Source of the DNA: Lama glama
Taxonomy: Eukaryota
Direction of reading: 5' to 3'
Length of the DNA stretch: 64,000 bases
NCBI GenBank assembly: GCA_028534125.1
Contig: CM052817.1
Location: 97,218,001 to 97,282,000, forward strand
The translations under genes and the position numbers were made by a program. Position 1 is the stretch's first letter; each line of letters opens with the position of its first letter. Positions 1 through 13,030 of the stretch are shown here, piece after piece. The notes beneath the pieces were generated by a model that had not been told where the DNA came from, made no database searches, and saw only the letters and a list, made by a program, of their open reading frames with translations.

Positions 1-953
1 AACACTGAATTAGCATGACTGTGTACAACTGTTTTTTTTTTTTTTTAAGCCAGAACTGGAGAAACGGCTTACAAAGTGAAACAAGCAGCACATTTTCCGG
101 GCCATAAGAAACCAAGCGCTCCAAATCACTATTTCACAGAAACTGCTAACACACACCTCGGCTACGTCTGTAACTGAGTAAATCAGGAACAAGCTCTGAG
201 TTTACTTTCCATGTTTACACAAGAAAGGTGACTCCTATGAAGAACAGTGACTAGAAAATCCCAAAGTTGGCAAAGAACGAGACGATCCCAGCTGGCCCCG
301 GGACCACTAATAATGTTGCTGAAAGATGCGGTTATTAGATTAACAGTTGTGGAAGACGGACACTATTCAGGCAATGTGAAAGCAAACATTTTCATTAAGC
401 AAACATTTCCTAAATTGCAAGCAGAAAATGGGACACTTGCTCTGACACCTGCGGCAAATCTGAGGGCCTGCCCTGGCCCAGAGCTCAGGGGTTTTGCTCT
501 TAGAAGGTACATCTCTCTTACTTCCATCTGTGGGCATTTGTGGCCCACATTATGAAATTCATTGTTCAGCCACAGCTGAGTCGTTCACGTGAGAGTCTGG
601 ATAAGCCAGGTGTGGACCGCACGGTGAAGTCATCTGCCTGCTGTATTATGGGGATGGCGTTATGACTTAAAGGACTGTATTATACCCAGGAGTGCGTTAC
701 CTTCTCCTTATCTGTACGTTTACCATAGGCTTTGATATCTGAAACACTACGTACTGGAAAAGCCACTTACATTTCTAGAACAGACTGGATTTTCTGCAAC
801 CTTTCAAAGGTATTCTGAAGAAACACTGCCTTCCTACTCAGTTTCAACTCTTGCTGCCTTCCACTGGATAATTCACCCCTGTTCTTCCCAAAGGCCCAAG
901 AACTTTCTCAGGGTCCACAGTGCGTGGTTGTGGGCCCTCCATTTAAGGCATCA

Positions 954-1175
<222 letters not shown>

Positions 1176-2873
1176 TTAGCATCTTTGTAGTTAAATGGCT
1201 TGGAGTATTTTGACGTCACAGGCTTGCACTTGCAGATTGCTCCTGAACCTCAGTTATCGCATTTATGACTAAATATGGCAGGTACAGAACGGTGAGCCCT
1301 CACAGACATACACATACAAAAGAACAGTAATAGACCTATTGGGTATAAGTTATGATGTGCTTTGCTTCTACAAGCTCGCTTAACCTTGACATCCATCTTC
1401 ACTGTATTATTCACATTTTACAGAAGTGGAAACTGAAGACTGGAGGTTTAATCACAATAAATAAATGGCAGAGAAAGGTTATAAACCTACGTCTGTCTCC
1501 AAAGCCTGTCTTAACCACAACGCTACATTGCCTCATGGCCTGTCGTCAAACTTTTTATGAATCCTAACTTGCCAATAGCTCAGAGGTCGGGAAATACACT
1601 TTGATTTTCCAGAACAACTGGAAGAGCCCCAGACAATCTAAGCAGAGGCTGGACTTAGAAAGCAACATCTTCATATTCAAGTTCCAATGTCAAAGACACG
1701 CGGAGAAACTGGCTCTCTACCACGGGGACTCCGTGCTGCCAATAAGCACTTTCCATCCTCTTTGCTCCGAGGTGCTGTCACGTGACCACCCAGACACCTG
1801 ATGGCGAGCCTGTGCACTGGGCTGAGTGTGGGATATGTAACACAACAGAGCTCGGCATGTGAGGCAAGATCAAAAACTTTGAAAGAGAAGAGAAAGAATG
1901 CTCATCTCTACCTTCAGTAAGATAGAAAATTAAGGATTATGTTTTCTTCTTTCCTTCTATGTAGTGGCTAGCTTTTCTGGTTAAATGAAAAAAATCTCAC
2001 AAAAAATAATACTTTGACATCAGCACTGCGAAACATACCAAGTGCTTCCGTCATCTGCCGGAAGGGGAGGCTCATCCGAGGACACAGGTGAACACATTTT
2101 ATGGAGAAGGGGCGCACCTGTGCCTGCGTTCTGGAGGGGGACGTAGGGTGGTGTGTCAGCTACAGGTGTCCCCTTTGAAAATCTACGTACATGTTTGCTT
2201 TCATTCATTACAGCCAATATATACTTATGTTTCTGCTTTAACTTTGAGAAATGAAATCACTTAGAACTTTTTTTAGAAGATGAAGACAATAAAAGTTCAC
2301 CTTGTGATATTAATATTCTGAGTCAGAAATTGCTTACGTTCATTTCTTAATTGCACATCGTATTTGCTAATTTATCATAACTGGTATAAATAATAATTTT
2401 ATTGGGCCATCAGCACTTTAGAATGGCTAAGTACATCCTTGAGTGTTATGCGTAACCCTGGGAGTCAGGCATACCACTGTTTCTAAATAGACCCTGTTGT
2501 GCTGTATAAAGAGGTGAATTATCTTGTCAATTAGCTTCACACATTATGCTAACACTCTTCCCCTTGAGTTTACCTGTTGAGGCTTTTGATTTGTGGTTTA
2601 TCTAAGTCTACTTTTGTGGGGGAAGAATAAACCCCTAACAGCAACTGCAGAAATTCCTGAGTCTGCCACAGTGTTAGTTGTGGTTTCAAGTATCTGACAT
2701 TCACATTCATACGTAAATGTCATCCATTATGTAACAAAGAGATTATTTTTTTTTCCTTTAAAATTAAACCCTTGGTTTAAAAGTATAGAAAACATAAAGG
2801 ATGGAGATAATCAGAATGTTAATAGTAAAACTATGGATCTACTTTCTACCAAAATTTTAACCCACATATAAAC

Positions 2874-2986
2874 ATTTTTTTTAATCTTTTAACTGCTGTA
2901 TAGTTGACTTATAATGTTGTGTTCGTTTCTGGTATCCAACATAGTGATTCAGTCATACATATATATACACGTTTATTTATCTTTTT
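2874..2986 (-). mobile_element. Short L1 3'-end fragment
   Basis: T-run followed by tatagttgacttataatgttgtgttcgtttctggtatccaacatagtgattcag, the reverse complement of a laurasiatherian L1 3' terminus. Confidence 0.65.
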
Positions 2987-5329
2987 AAGTTTAGAAATTT
3001 TACGGGGGAGAAATTGATTTGAGAACTAGGTTCCTGCTTCTTCATTCTTTAACCATTGAATAAAACCTGTCCTGTTCCAGTCTCAAAAAAAAAAATATAT
3101 ATATATATGGAGTAAATCTTTATTTTTTCAATATAGATACTTACAAATGTCATACATTAAAAAAATCACCTAAGCTTAGCACAGCGTGACTCCATGTCAC
3201 TGCTGTGTGTCAGTGCTATTTGGGATAGCTACCAAGATGAACCACAGGTCCTCACAGTCCTGAAAGCCGTGTTGTCAAAAGTTCTCAAGATTATGAACAA
3301 CCTGTGTCACGTATCACTTGCATTTTACTGCTGGGATTGAAGTACATTGTACCATTTTCCCAGCCAGACATTTCAGAAGTTGAAACAAACCCACAAATAA
3401 AGCGAACTTAGGCAAAACCTCAAATTTTGGAGGTCTGCCCAGATTTTCTGAATTTACTTATTAAATGCAGCAGGGTGGCTGGAAACCACCCAAAATCTAT
3501 GAGCCGGAGAGGAGCAGAGACAACGGGGTCGAAGAGGGTCTGCCCTCCTTACTCTACGTGAGCAAAACGGAAACGATCTTTTCTTAGTGTCACTGCCGGA
3601 AAGCTTTCCTGATAGACTGGACATCAGGTGTATGATCTGACATTCTAAATAAGAAGAAAAATTTTCATATGTTCCATCACAGATTATTAAAAGAAGCATA
3701 CTGAAGCCTGCAGTTTCCATGATTCATAAAACTCTTTACTTCTGTTTCCCTGCTTTTTTATTTTGCTTTTTCTGCATCTACAAAACAACAGCACTGTGCC
3801 ATTTGGAAGCTAATGAATTAATTTGGGAAGTTTCAAAATGATCTCAGAATTGATTATAGGCTGACTGACTAAATGGATGTAAAAGGATAAGACATCAATT
3901 ACAACTGAGTGGTCAAAACTGATAAAGAATTAGTATCATACGCATTTTTAGGGAAACATTTAAATTCTATCGTTCATTTGATATAATTTGTTTTTTTAAT
4001 ATTTTTCTAGGACTCATGGTTAAGAACATAGCTTGGAAAGGGGAATAAAAATCACTGTCACTGAACTGAAAGATCACATTCCTAAAGTTTTATTCCAGAA
4101 TGGATAAGCTGAACAACTCAGAAACCTGGAGGAACGGTGGGGAGGGGAGAAGGGCCTGGCTCTCCTGACCCTGCAGACGAGGGGCTGCAAACAGAGGTCC
4201 CTGGACATGGGCTGAGTGGACAGCGAGGAACGGTGGGGCCTGCGGCAAACTGGGGAGAGCACGGGCTGCCCTGCGCAATCAAATTCAACAAAAATAAAAT
4301 AAGACTAGAGGCCAAAAGCAACCTTGAAAACCTTGCCGGCCAAACAAAACACAGCTGTGAAGTGCAGGCCCCCCTCCCTACCAGGCTGCTGAGCTCTCCT
4401 GCTGCTGGAGTCCAGCCAGGCCTGCTCGCCCTCCCAGATCCCTGCTGTGGTCACGTGCCCCCAGCCCGCATCCCGCCCCTGCATTCCTGCTCTGGGGGGA
4501 ATGGGAATCGCTGGGAGCCAAGGCCAAAGCCCTGGGTTTGAGTCCTAACTCACCAAGGAGACTGGCACAGATCACACCTCGTGCCTCTGTCTTGTCCACT
4601 TCAGAAGGCAACTCTCAATCCTGCAGGGTTGTTTTGGGCATTAAATTCGATAGATGGAAAAACACCTTGGAAACTGAGAGATGCTAAACACAGTAGAACC
4701 AGTACTGACCCACATCTGCTGCTGCCATCTCCTTTCCTGTTCTACCCGACCCGGGCTCAGCCTTCCCCAGCCCCAGCCCCAGCCCCTCCCTTGGAAATAA
4801 CAGCTCTTCTGATCCATTCTATCCTTAGTACTTGGCTATGGACGCCAGTTTGATCCAAACGACTCTACTGAAAGCTGCCCCTTCTTTAGCAAAGCTGTTG
4901 GTCCCTGGGCCAAGGAGGGGGGCTGGGTGTGTCTCTGGATGTTCCTTTCGGCTTCCAGGTGGTCACTCAACAACCTCTCCTCCTTTGAAGCCCACACCAC
5001 TCGCCCCGGCGTCCTGATATCCAGAACACGTCTCAGTTTTCTAAGTGGCCACGACACCTGGCTCTGAGACTTCCTCTCCATCCTGCCTCCTGCCATCATT
5101 CCTGGTCCCACCCTCAGTGGATGGGGGGCTCCTTCAGAGCCCTACCCTTCCGTTTGGCCTGTGCCACCGTCTGAAGCAGAAGCACTCGGCATCCTCGCCA
5201 AGCTAATCCTGCCCTCCCTTGTCCCTTCTGGCACCTTATGCCATCAATGTCTCCCCTCTCACCCTGGGTTCCAGCTGCCTAAAAAGGCTTCCCATCAATC
5301 TGCAAGTCCCTGGCTGTCTGGTCAACCCC

Positions 5330-6620
5330 AGCAGGCTGCTGTCAGCGCTCTCAGCTTTCCCTGGAAGCTATGCTGTTAGTCATGCCCCTTTGGAAACCTT
5401 TAACTCTTGGCTTCCATCACTGGCCTCTCTCCGCGTTTCTCTGCCTCACTGGCAGTTCTGTCTGTCCCTCAGCCTCGGCCATCCTCCTTTCGTGGACTCA
5501 GCTGGATCTTTCTTCTCTCTGTGCCATGGCACCCCACTTGCCATTTGAGTTTAGACTCCAATTTTCTACAAGGTTAATTTCAGATCTGTATCTCAATACC
5601 CAAACCTGTCCTCTGAGTTCAAGGCCCCCAGTTTCCCCCTTTCGGCGTCTTTATTAGGTTGCCTCTGAAAATGAACCCATCCAAAAGACAAGTCATTTTA
5701 TGCTCCACAAAATCTGCTCAAAGTCCCAACATTAGCACAGTTCTCTTAAGGGTTAACACTACTACCATCCCAGTTGTTTCTCCGCGCTCTGAACCCGGGT
5801 CACTTCTGACCCAGACCATTTTCCTCTCCTCTTCTAGTCAGTGGCCAAGGCCAAGTCTGCAGTGTTGCTTGAATGCATTTGCTGCTGCCCATCACACCAC
5901 TGACCAGACCATCACCATCCAGACTTGTTAACAGCCTCACAGCAGGTCTCTGTGCCTCCAGTCTGGCTAAATTCTCTGTCTTTGCCTCTCTCCCTCTCCT
6001 TTCTGTTCCCTTTCCATCCAGTCTACTGCCAGATACATCTTCATCAAGCCATGAAGTACGGCTCTGATCACGTCACCCCCACCCCACCCCGCTCAGAGCC
6101 TCTGGCACCCCACCCCTCAGCTCGCCTGATAAACACCAGATGTCTTCAAGGGGCATGAATCTCCTGGTCCAATCTACATCTCAACCTTATTCCCCTCTCC
6201 TCCACAACCCAACACGACCCGAAGCGCCTTGAAAAATTAATACATAAATAAGATAAAAAATTAAAACATTAACAGGCAAAATAATACCCTAGAACCAAGG
6301 GCTATTGCCTTGGTCCACTTGGCCCCACTGCCACGCTCCCTCGCGCCCTTCCTGGCCAGGAAGGCCAGCTCGCGCCTCAGATGCAACCCCTCACCCTGGC
6401 AACACTCTCCAAGATGCAGCTGTGTCACAAATCCCTCCCCGAGGCCCAGAACGGAGCATGCTCTTCCCTTCTCTGAGCCCACATGACATTCCTTCTCTGC
6501 ATCATGGTAGACAATCCCTTTCCACAATGTATTAAAATTACCTTGGAATTTATCTTGCAGTAAAACTGCCTGGGGGTTGAGACCGTGCCTCATTCACCGG
6601 GGTTCCTGAACTGCCCCGCC
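5330..6620. mobile_element. Degraded L2 fragments (boundaries approximate)
   Basis: Pyrimidine-rich motifs typical of L2 (aacagcctcacagcaggtctc, tctgatcacgtcacccc, cccaaacctgtcctctgagttc). Confidence 0.4.
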
Positions 6621-6789
6621 CCACCATACACATAACAGACACTGAACAAAGGCTCCGCGGTTGGACGGATGAAGGAATCAAGGCAGATGCCCTTCCGTCC
6701 CTCACACTCTGCAAGTGACTCAGTTCATCAAACACCAAAGCCCTCCTCCCACCTCCTTATTATTATTATTATTTTTTTTATAGCAACTA

Positions 6790-7143
<354 letters not shown>

Positions 7144-7292
7144 TTAGCTGCCTCGCACGGGGATTGGTAAACTGCGTCTGGACCGACACAGCCAGCCCGT
7201 TTAAGTGCGCCCTCTGAGAATGCATCAGAAGTACTGAAACCAACCTTTTTCAACGCATGCCATTATTTCATTTCATGTCAAAAGTGGTAGCG

Positions 7293-7451
7293 GAGGCGGG
7301 GGTATAGCTCAAGTGGTAGAGTGCATGCTTAGCATGCATGAGGTCCTGGGTTCAATCCCCGGTACCGCCATTAAATAAACAAACAAACAAACCTAATTAC
7401 CTCCCTTCCTCCCCCAATAATAATAAAATAAATAAAAATTAAAAAAAAAAA
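7293..7451 (+). mobile_element. tRNA-derived SINE, camelid Vic-1-like
   Basis: ggggtatagctcaagtggtagagtgcatgcttagcatgcatgaggtcctgggttcaatcccc carries A and B boxes, followed by an (AAAC)n/acctaattacctccc segment and an A-rich tail. Confidence 0.9.
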
Positions 7452-9277
7452 GAGACAACATTTAAAAAGGTGAGAGCCCCAAACAGAATCTCCTTGCTTA
7501 AGGGAGAATGTGACTTGGGGGTTTGCACGATACCTACATGTGTCCATTCAAACAACCCCCCGAGCACCCAATCCAAGGGTTTCCATAAAAACCCACATCA
7601 TATGACAACAGGCATCATTACTGTCTTTCTGTGAGAAGTAAGCAAGGCGTCATTTAGCTTTTCAGATGTTTTTCCTCAAAGTAATAAATGTCCTGGGAGG
7701 CCTGGGTAAGTACTGTTTTACGATGATGAGAATAATCAGTGAAACAGAGACGACTAGTGAGAAACGGGACAGGACTTGACAAAGGCAGAAAAGCAGGCTA
7801 GGACGGCTGATCTATTTCTAAGAGTGACTGAAGGCAGGTCTGTAGGAAAGCAACCCTGTGACACCTCTTCCAGGATGCACTCCTGGATTCAAATGGCAGA
7901 AATCTCTCTCGTCTCCAGCCTGAAAGCGCTTTGTAAAGAACCCGTCGAGGAACACACAGCATTCTGCTTGGTATTATTGCTCCATGTCTTTCCTTTCCCA
8001 TAGTAAGCTGGAAGCTATTTTTAATTAAGGAAATATTTTTAAAACACACACGCAAGCACCAACACACACAGAGAATAACAGCAGGAGCCCATGGGTCCAC
8101 CCTCCAGAGTTAACAGCATAAATAAATGCTAATATCTTTGCCATATTCGCTGCAGATCTTTAAAAATTAAATATGGCTGAGTTCAGACCTACTCTGTCTC
8201 CCTCCAGGTCCCCATTCATCCTCCTCGTTCGAGAAGGGAGCCACCCTCTTTGGGAGATCATTTCCTCCCCGATGTGTCTATTTTACACACGCGAATGTAT
8301 GGATAAAACAGTACACAGGACTGCTTTGTTTTATGTCAACTTGAAATTACATTTGCACATCCCTCTGCAGTTTTTTTATTCAACGCTGCAATTCTGCGAT
8401 GCATCCATTTTATTAACACAGGTAACGCTAAGCCAAGTCATTCTTGCTGGGGCGAGTTTTATTTGTTTGAATACATCACGGTTTACTCATCCATTCCACT
8501 CCGGATGGACACCTGGGTTGTTTCCTCTTTACTGCTATTACAGATGATGCCCCAGGGACATCCTTGGGCATTTCTCTAGGATACAGGACAAAAATAGAAC
8601 TGCTGAGTCACAGATGTGTGCACATCTGCTTACATTCCCACTAGTAGATGAGATGATTCCCACATCCCACCAATACGTGTCATTATCCAATTTTCATATT
8701 TCTGCCGTCTGACGGGGATTGAAAGGGTGGCCCCACTGTTGCTTTTATTTGCATTTCCACCATCACAAGAAGGCTGAACAGTTTTTCACATGCTTTCTGA
8801 ACCCTTGGGTCTCTTCTTTGGTGATGTGTCTCTTCATATATTTATCCCCGTTAAGCATTTTTTTCCTATCATTAATCGCCTCTTTATTCATAATATTTTT
8901 TGCCTTAAAAATTTTGTCTGATGTTAACATTGTGTTAATATTGTTCTTTCTTTATTCCCTCCCCCCGGTTCTTCCTTTCTGTCTCTTTCTTATGCTCTCT
9001 CTTTAGGATTTGCCTGGAATGCCCTTGTAAAAAAATTTCTTGTTTTCAAATTCCCCACATAATTATATTTCACACATGTTGTTTATAAACAACAAAAAGC
9101 TGGATTAAAAAAACTAAGCGTCACTGTATTATAATAGCTCAGTTTAATCTGTTTTCATTTATCATGATCACTAATATATTCGGGTTTTTTCTGCCATTTT
9201 AACTCTCTCCCCTCCTTTCCTTCTTTCTTTCTATTTTCCTTCCTTTTAAGATGGATCCAGCTCCTTTTTAAAAAAAA

Positions 9278-9545
9278 TTTTATTTTTTTTATCGAAATAT
9301 AGTCAGTTTACAATGTTAGTTTCAGGCGCACAGCAAAGCGATTCATACACACACACACACACACACACACTTTCTTTTCATATTCTTTTTCATTACAGGC
9401 TATTACAAGGTATTGAATCTAGTTCCCTGTGCTATACAGCAGGTCCTTGTTGTTTATCTATTATATATATAGTAATGTGTATCTGTTAATCCCAAACTCC
9501 TAATCTATCCCTCTCCACCCCTTCCCTTCTGATAGCCACAGTTTT
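9278..9545 (-). mobile_element. L1 3'-UTR fragment (artiodactyl-type) with an internal (CA)n
   Basis: tttacaatgttagtttcagg...tagttccctgtgctatacagcaggtccttgttgtttatc...ttaatcccaaactcctaat. Confidence 0.85.
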
Positions 9546-10254
9546 AAATACAGAAATTTGGGTATCTGTCTGTGACATATCTCTCTGGGTACAGCTCTTT
9601 TTTTTTTTTTTAAACTTTCTTTGTTCCTCTACTGGATTTAGAAGGCATACATTCTATTTTTTCCCTTAAAATAATTATTAAGTTATAAACTTGCATACTT
9701 AAAGTCTAAAGTTAGTTGATAGCTTTTCCATGGAACAGAAAAAAATACTCAGAGTCCTTCATCTTTGGTCTGGGCCCCATCTTCCTTCCACATCTTTAAT
9801 ATTTAAATTTCAGCTTATTTTCAAATCCCCCCGAAATTAGTTGCTTCCTCTCTTACACATCCATACCCCATATCTGTTTAGAGTTACTAATGTGTTTCTC
9901 CGATCACCACAGTTTCTTGCACTCTATTCTGTATTACTGGATTCCATTTATTACTTACTGAAGAATTTTTTTTTTTTTGGTAATTCTTTCTGCAGCGCTC
10001 AGTCACTGAATGTTCAAATCTTTTAGTCTTCATTTGCCTACAAGTGTCTTTATTTTATCTTCCTTCCTGAATGACAGTTTAAAACATTAAAGATTTCTAG
10101 TGTGACAGGTAATTTCCCTCAGTACTTTGAAGATAGTATTCCACTACACCTGGCTTTCACTGCTGCTTTGGGGAAGTTTCTTGTTAGTGGAACTGCCAAT
10201 GTTTTTGATAGATAGGGCACCTGCATCTTCTCTTTGGTGGCTTAAAATTTTTTC

Positions 10255-10391
10255 CTCTTTTTTTAATTTTATTTTTTAAGAGGGGGAGGTAATTAGATTT
10301 TATTTATTTAGTTTTTCTAAATGGAGGTACTGGGGATAGATCCAGTACCTGGCTAGACACACAGTCTACCACTGAGCTATACATCTCCCCC
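10255..10391 (-). mobile_element. Vic-1-like SINE, diverged
   Basis: gggggaggtaattag...ggaggtactgggga...ctaccactgagctat is the reverse complement of the SINE at 7293. Confidence 0.85.
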
Positions 10392-11167
10392 TCACCCATC
10401 CCAGCCATTTATTTTTGATGTCTGCAGTTTCAGTGCGAAGGACCTAGGTGCAGACTGACTCCATTTCTCCTGCTCAGAACTCAGTATCCTTATTTGATGT
10501 GAAGGTGTAGGTATGTCTTCAGTTCTGAAATGTACTCAGACATCGTTTCTTCAAAAACCACCCCTCCTCCATTCCTGCTATTTTTCCTTTTTGGGCTCCT
10601 ATTAACTGTGTTTTGGACCTTCACACCATGTCTTCCACATTAACCTCCCTTTCACAGTTTCTATTTTTCCTTCTATCAGTACTGCATTCTAGGTGATTTG
10701 CTCAGATCTACTTTCTAATATTGTTTTTTTCTGTGTCTAATCTGTTTAATTCTTACAGTGTTTTAAATTTAACGTTTTTCATGTCTATGTGCCTAGAAAT
10801 GCTCTATGTAGTTCTTAACCATTCCTGCTATTTTCCATGAGATACTTCTTACTTTTTGGTTATTATATCTCCTTTCTCTAAATTACACTTTACCTGTTAT
10901 ATCTCTTAATGCTTTTAACATGTTTATTTTATAGTTTCCTCAAATTTTTTACATCCATTTTTGGGGATGCCAATATGCAAATCTAACATGTATTATTTGG
11001 CAAATATTGTTTTCTGGATGAATCCCGGGGCACTGTCTTGTGGAAGGCACTCTACAGGAAGGTTCGGCATTGATAACCATCAGGGGTGTAAGTATTTCAC
11101 TTGTCCTGGACCAGCTTTATGCTAATTTCTCAGCTTGAATGCTTTTTGCAAAGCTTGTGTAGTTTAC

Positions 11168-11260
11168 GTGTGTGTGTGTTTGTGTGTATGTATGTATGTT
11201 AACGGAGGTACTGAGGATGAGGCTAAGTGTGCACTCTACCACTGAGCTATACCCTCCCCC
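11168..11260 (-). mobile_element. Vic-1-like SINE with an internal deletion and a TG/TATG microsatellite tail
   Basis: ggaggtactgaggat...gcactctaccactgagctataccctccccc; the B-box region is missing. Confidence 0.8.
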
Positions 11261-11744
11261 AAGACTTGTGAGGTTTAAATTTAGACTCCACACTTGATAT
11301 GGTGCAGGTCTGTGTTTCTGATTTCTTTCACCTTCCTTGCCGTGAACCTGGGCTGGCTGGCTGGCTGGCTGAAGCTTTCCTGTCCTTGTTAGCAGACGGT
11401 AAAACCTTTGCCGAGCCTGGCTTTGTGCACAGGGCACCACTTCAGGCCACAGCCTTGTTGGAGTCTACATTCTTGTCTCCTGTTCCTGTTTCCTGTTTGT
11501 GTTCTCTAAGACCCGCCCCTAGAGCCTTTTTCTACATCCAATAGCTTGTGGGCCAAGTGCAGATTTAGCTCCAAGTGAAACCACTCTGGCTGTGCATTCC
11601 CTGTTCTTGCAACCTGTTTCTTTTTTTTTTCTTTTGAGCTTGGTTATATATTTAAGACTTTTTAAAATGCAAAATTCTATGTGTTTAGAGGGAAAAAAAG
11701 GCCCAGTTCAGTAGCACCATTCTGACTGCTAACCAGAAGCTTCT

Positions 11745-12230
11745 TTTTTTTTTTTAAACATATACTAAGATTTTTTTAATTTCATTTTTTATTGAAGTGT
11801 AGTTGATTTACAGTGTTAGTTTCAGGTGTACAGCAAAGCAATTCAGTTATACATATATATGTATTTTTCAGATTCCTTTTTCATTATGTTATTACAAGAA
11901 ATTGAATATAGTTTCCTGTTCTATACAGTAGGTCCTTGTTTATCTATTTTACATATAGTAGTGTGTTACCTGTTAATCTCAAAACTTCTAATTTATTCTT
12001 CCCCCTGCCCTTCCCCCTTTGATAACCATAATTTGTTTTCTATGTTTGTGAGTCTACTTTTAGTTTGTAAATAAAATTTGTATCATATTTTTAAGATCCC
12101 ATAAATAAGTGATACCATACAATATTTGTCTTTCTCCATCTGACTTACTTCACTTAATAAGATAATCTCTATGTCCATCCATATTAATGCAAATTGCATT
12201 ATTTCATTTTTTATGACTGAGTAGTATTCC

Positions 12231-12291
<61 letters not shown>

Positions 12292-12326
12292 CTCTATATC
12301 ACATGTTCTTTATCCATTCATCTGTT
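11745..12326 (-). mobile_element. L1 3'-end fragment (about 580 bp) containing (TG)28
   Basis: Poly-T, then ttgaagtgtagttgatttacagtgttagtttcaggtgtacagcaaag ... gagtagtattccattgtg ... ttctttatccattcatctgtt. Confidence 0.9.
12233..12288. repeat. (TG)28 microsatellite
   Basis: Perfect dinucleotide run. Confidence 0.97.
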
Positions 12327-12725
12327 CTTAAAAGGCAAGGCATGTGTCTGACTAAACCTTTGTGAATGTCAGAGTATGCTAGACAAGTGCAATGTGTCCA
12401 TCTTTGCTCCAAAATATTTCATGAATGAATGAGCGAGAAGGAAAGAAACAAGGAAAGAGGATAAGTGAAGACAACAAAATGAACGCCACACATACACATA
12501 TGCATATGAGAACCATGATGAGAGAGAGGTAATACTGAACCTTTACAGAAAGTAAAAGCAAATGGCTCATGCAAGAGATAAGGCATCTGTGAAGCTCATG
12601 AAAAGTTTCTCCAAAAAACGAGAGATTTAGATTGTAAAATGGGGTGTAGTAGATTGCAAACCAGGACATCTGTGGAATATAACATGACACACATTTGACC
12701 CTCTGTTGTTTAGAAAGTGCACTCC

Positions 12726-13030
12726 AACGTTCAATAGCAGTACTATTTATAATAGCCAAGACAGGGAAGCATCCCAAATGTCCATCAACAGATGACTGAA
12801 TAAAGAAGATGTGGTATCTGTGTGTGTGTGTGCTCGCGCATGCGCGTATGCATAAAATGGAATATTACTCAGCCATAAAAAATAACAAAATAATGCCATT
12901 TGCAGCAACACGTATGGACCTGGAGATGGTCATTCTAAGTCTTGTAAGCCAGAAAGAGAAAGAAAAATGCCATATGATATCACTCATATGTGGAAACCTA
13001 AAAAAATAGACTTAAATGAACTAATTATTT
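12726..13030 (+). mobile_element. L1 fragment (ORF2 C-terminus and start of 3' UTR)
   Basis: ORF 12809..13009 contains MEYYSAIKNNKIMPFAATRMDLEMVILS..SQKEK, the L1 ORF2p C-terminal signature. Confidence 0.9.

Larger units (their letters stand above)
8000..11050 (-). mobile_element. Ancient L1 (L1M-type), fragmented and interrupted by younger insertions (boundaries approximate)
   Basis: T-rich tract with degraded L1 motifs: tttactcatccattccac...ggacacctgggttgtttc and tttccctcagtactttgaagatagtattccact. Confidence 0.55.

Noticed and set aside
4074..6738. Dense short ORFs in intron 7
   Set aside because: GC-rich and L2-derived sequence with no recognisable domains, as expected by chance.
7297..7370. 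tRNA-like sequence with A and B boxes, also at 10.3, 11.2, 37.7, 43.9 and 44.3 kb
   Set aside because: These are dispersed diverged copies with A-rich tails and, in several cases, TSDs, so they are SINEs rather than tRNA genes.
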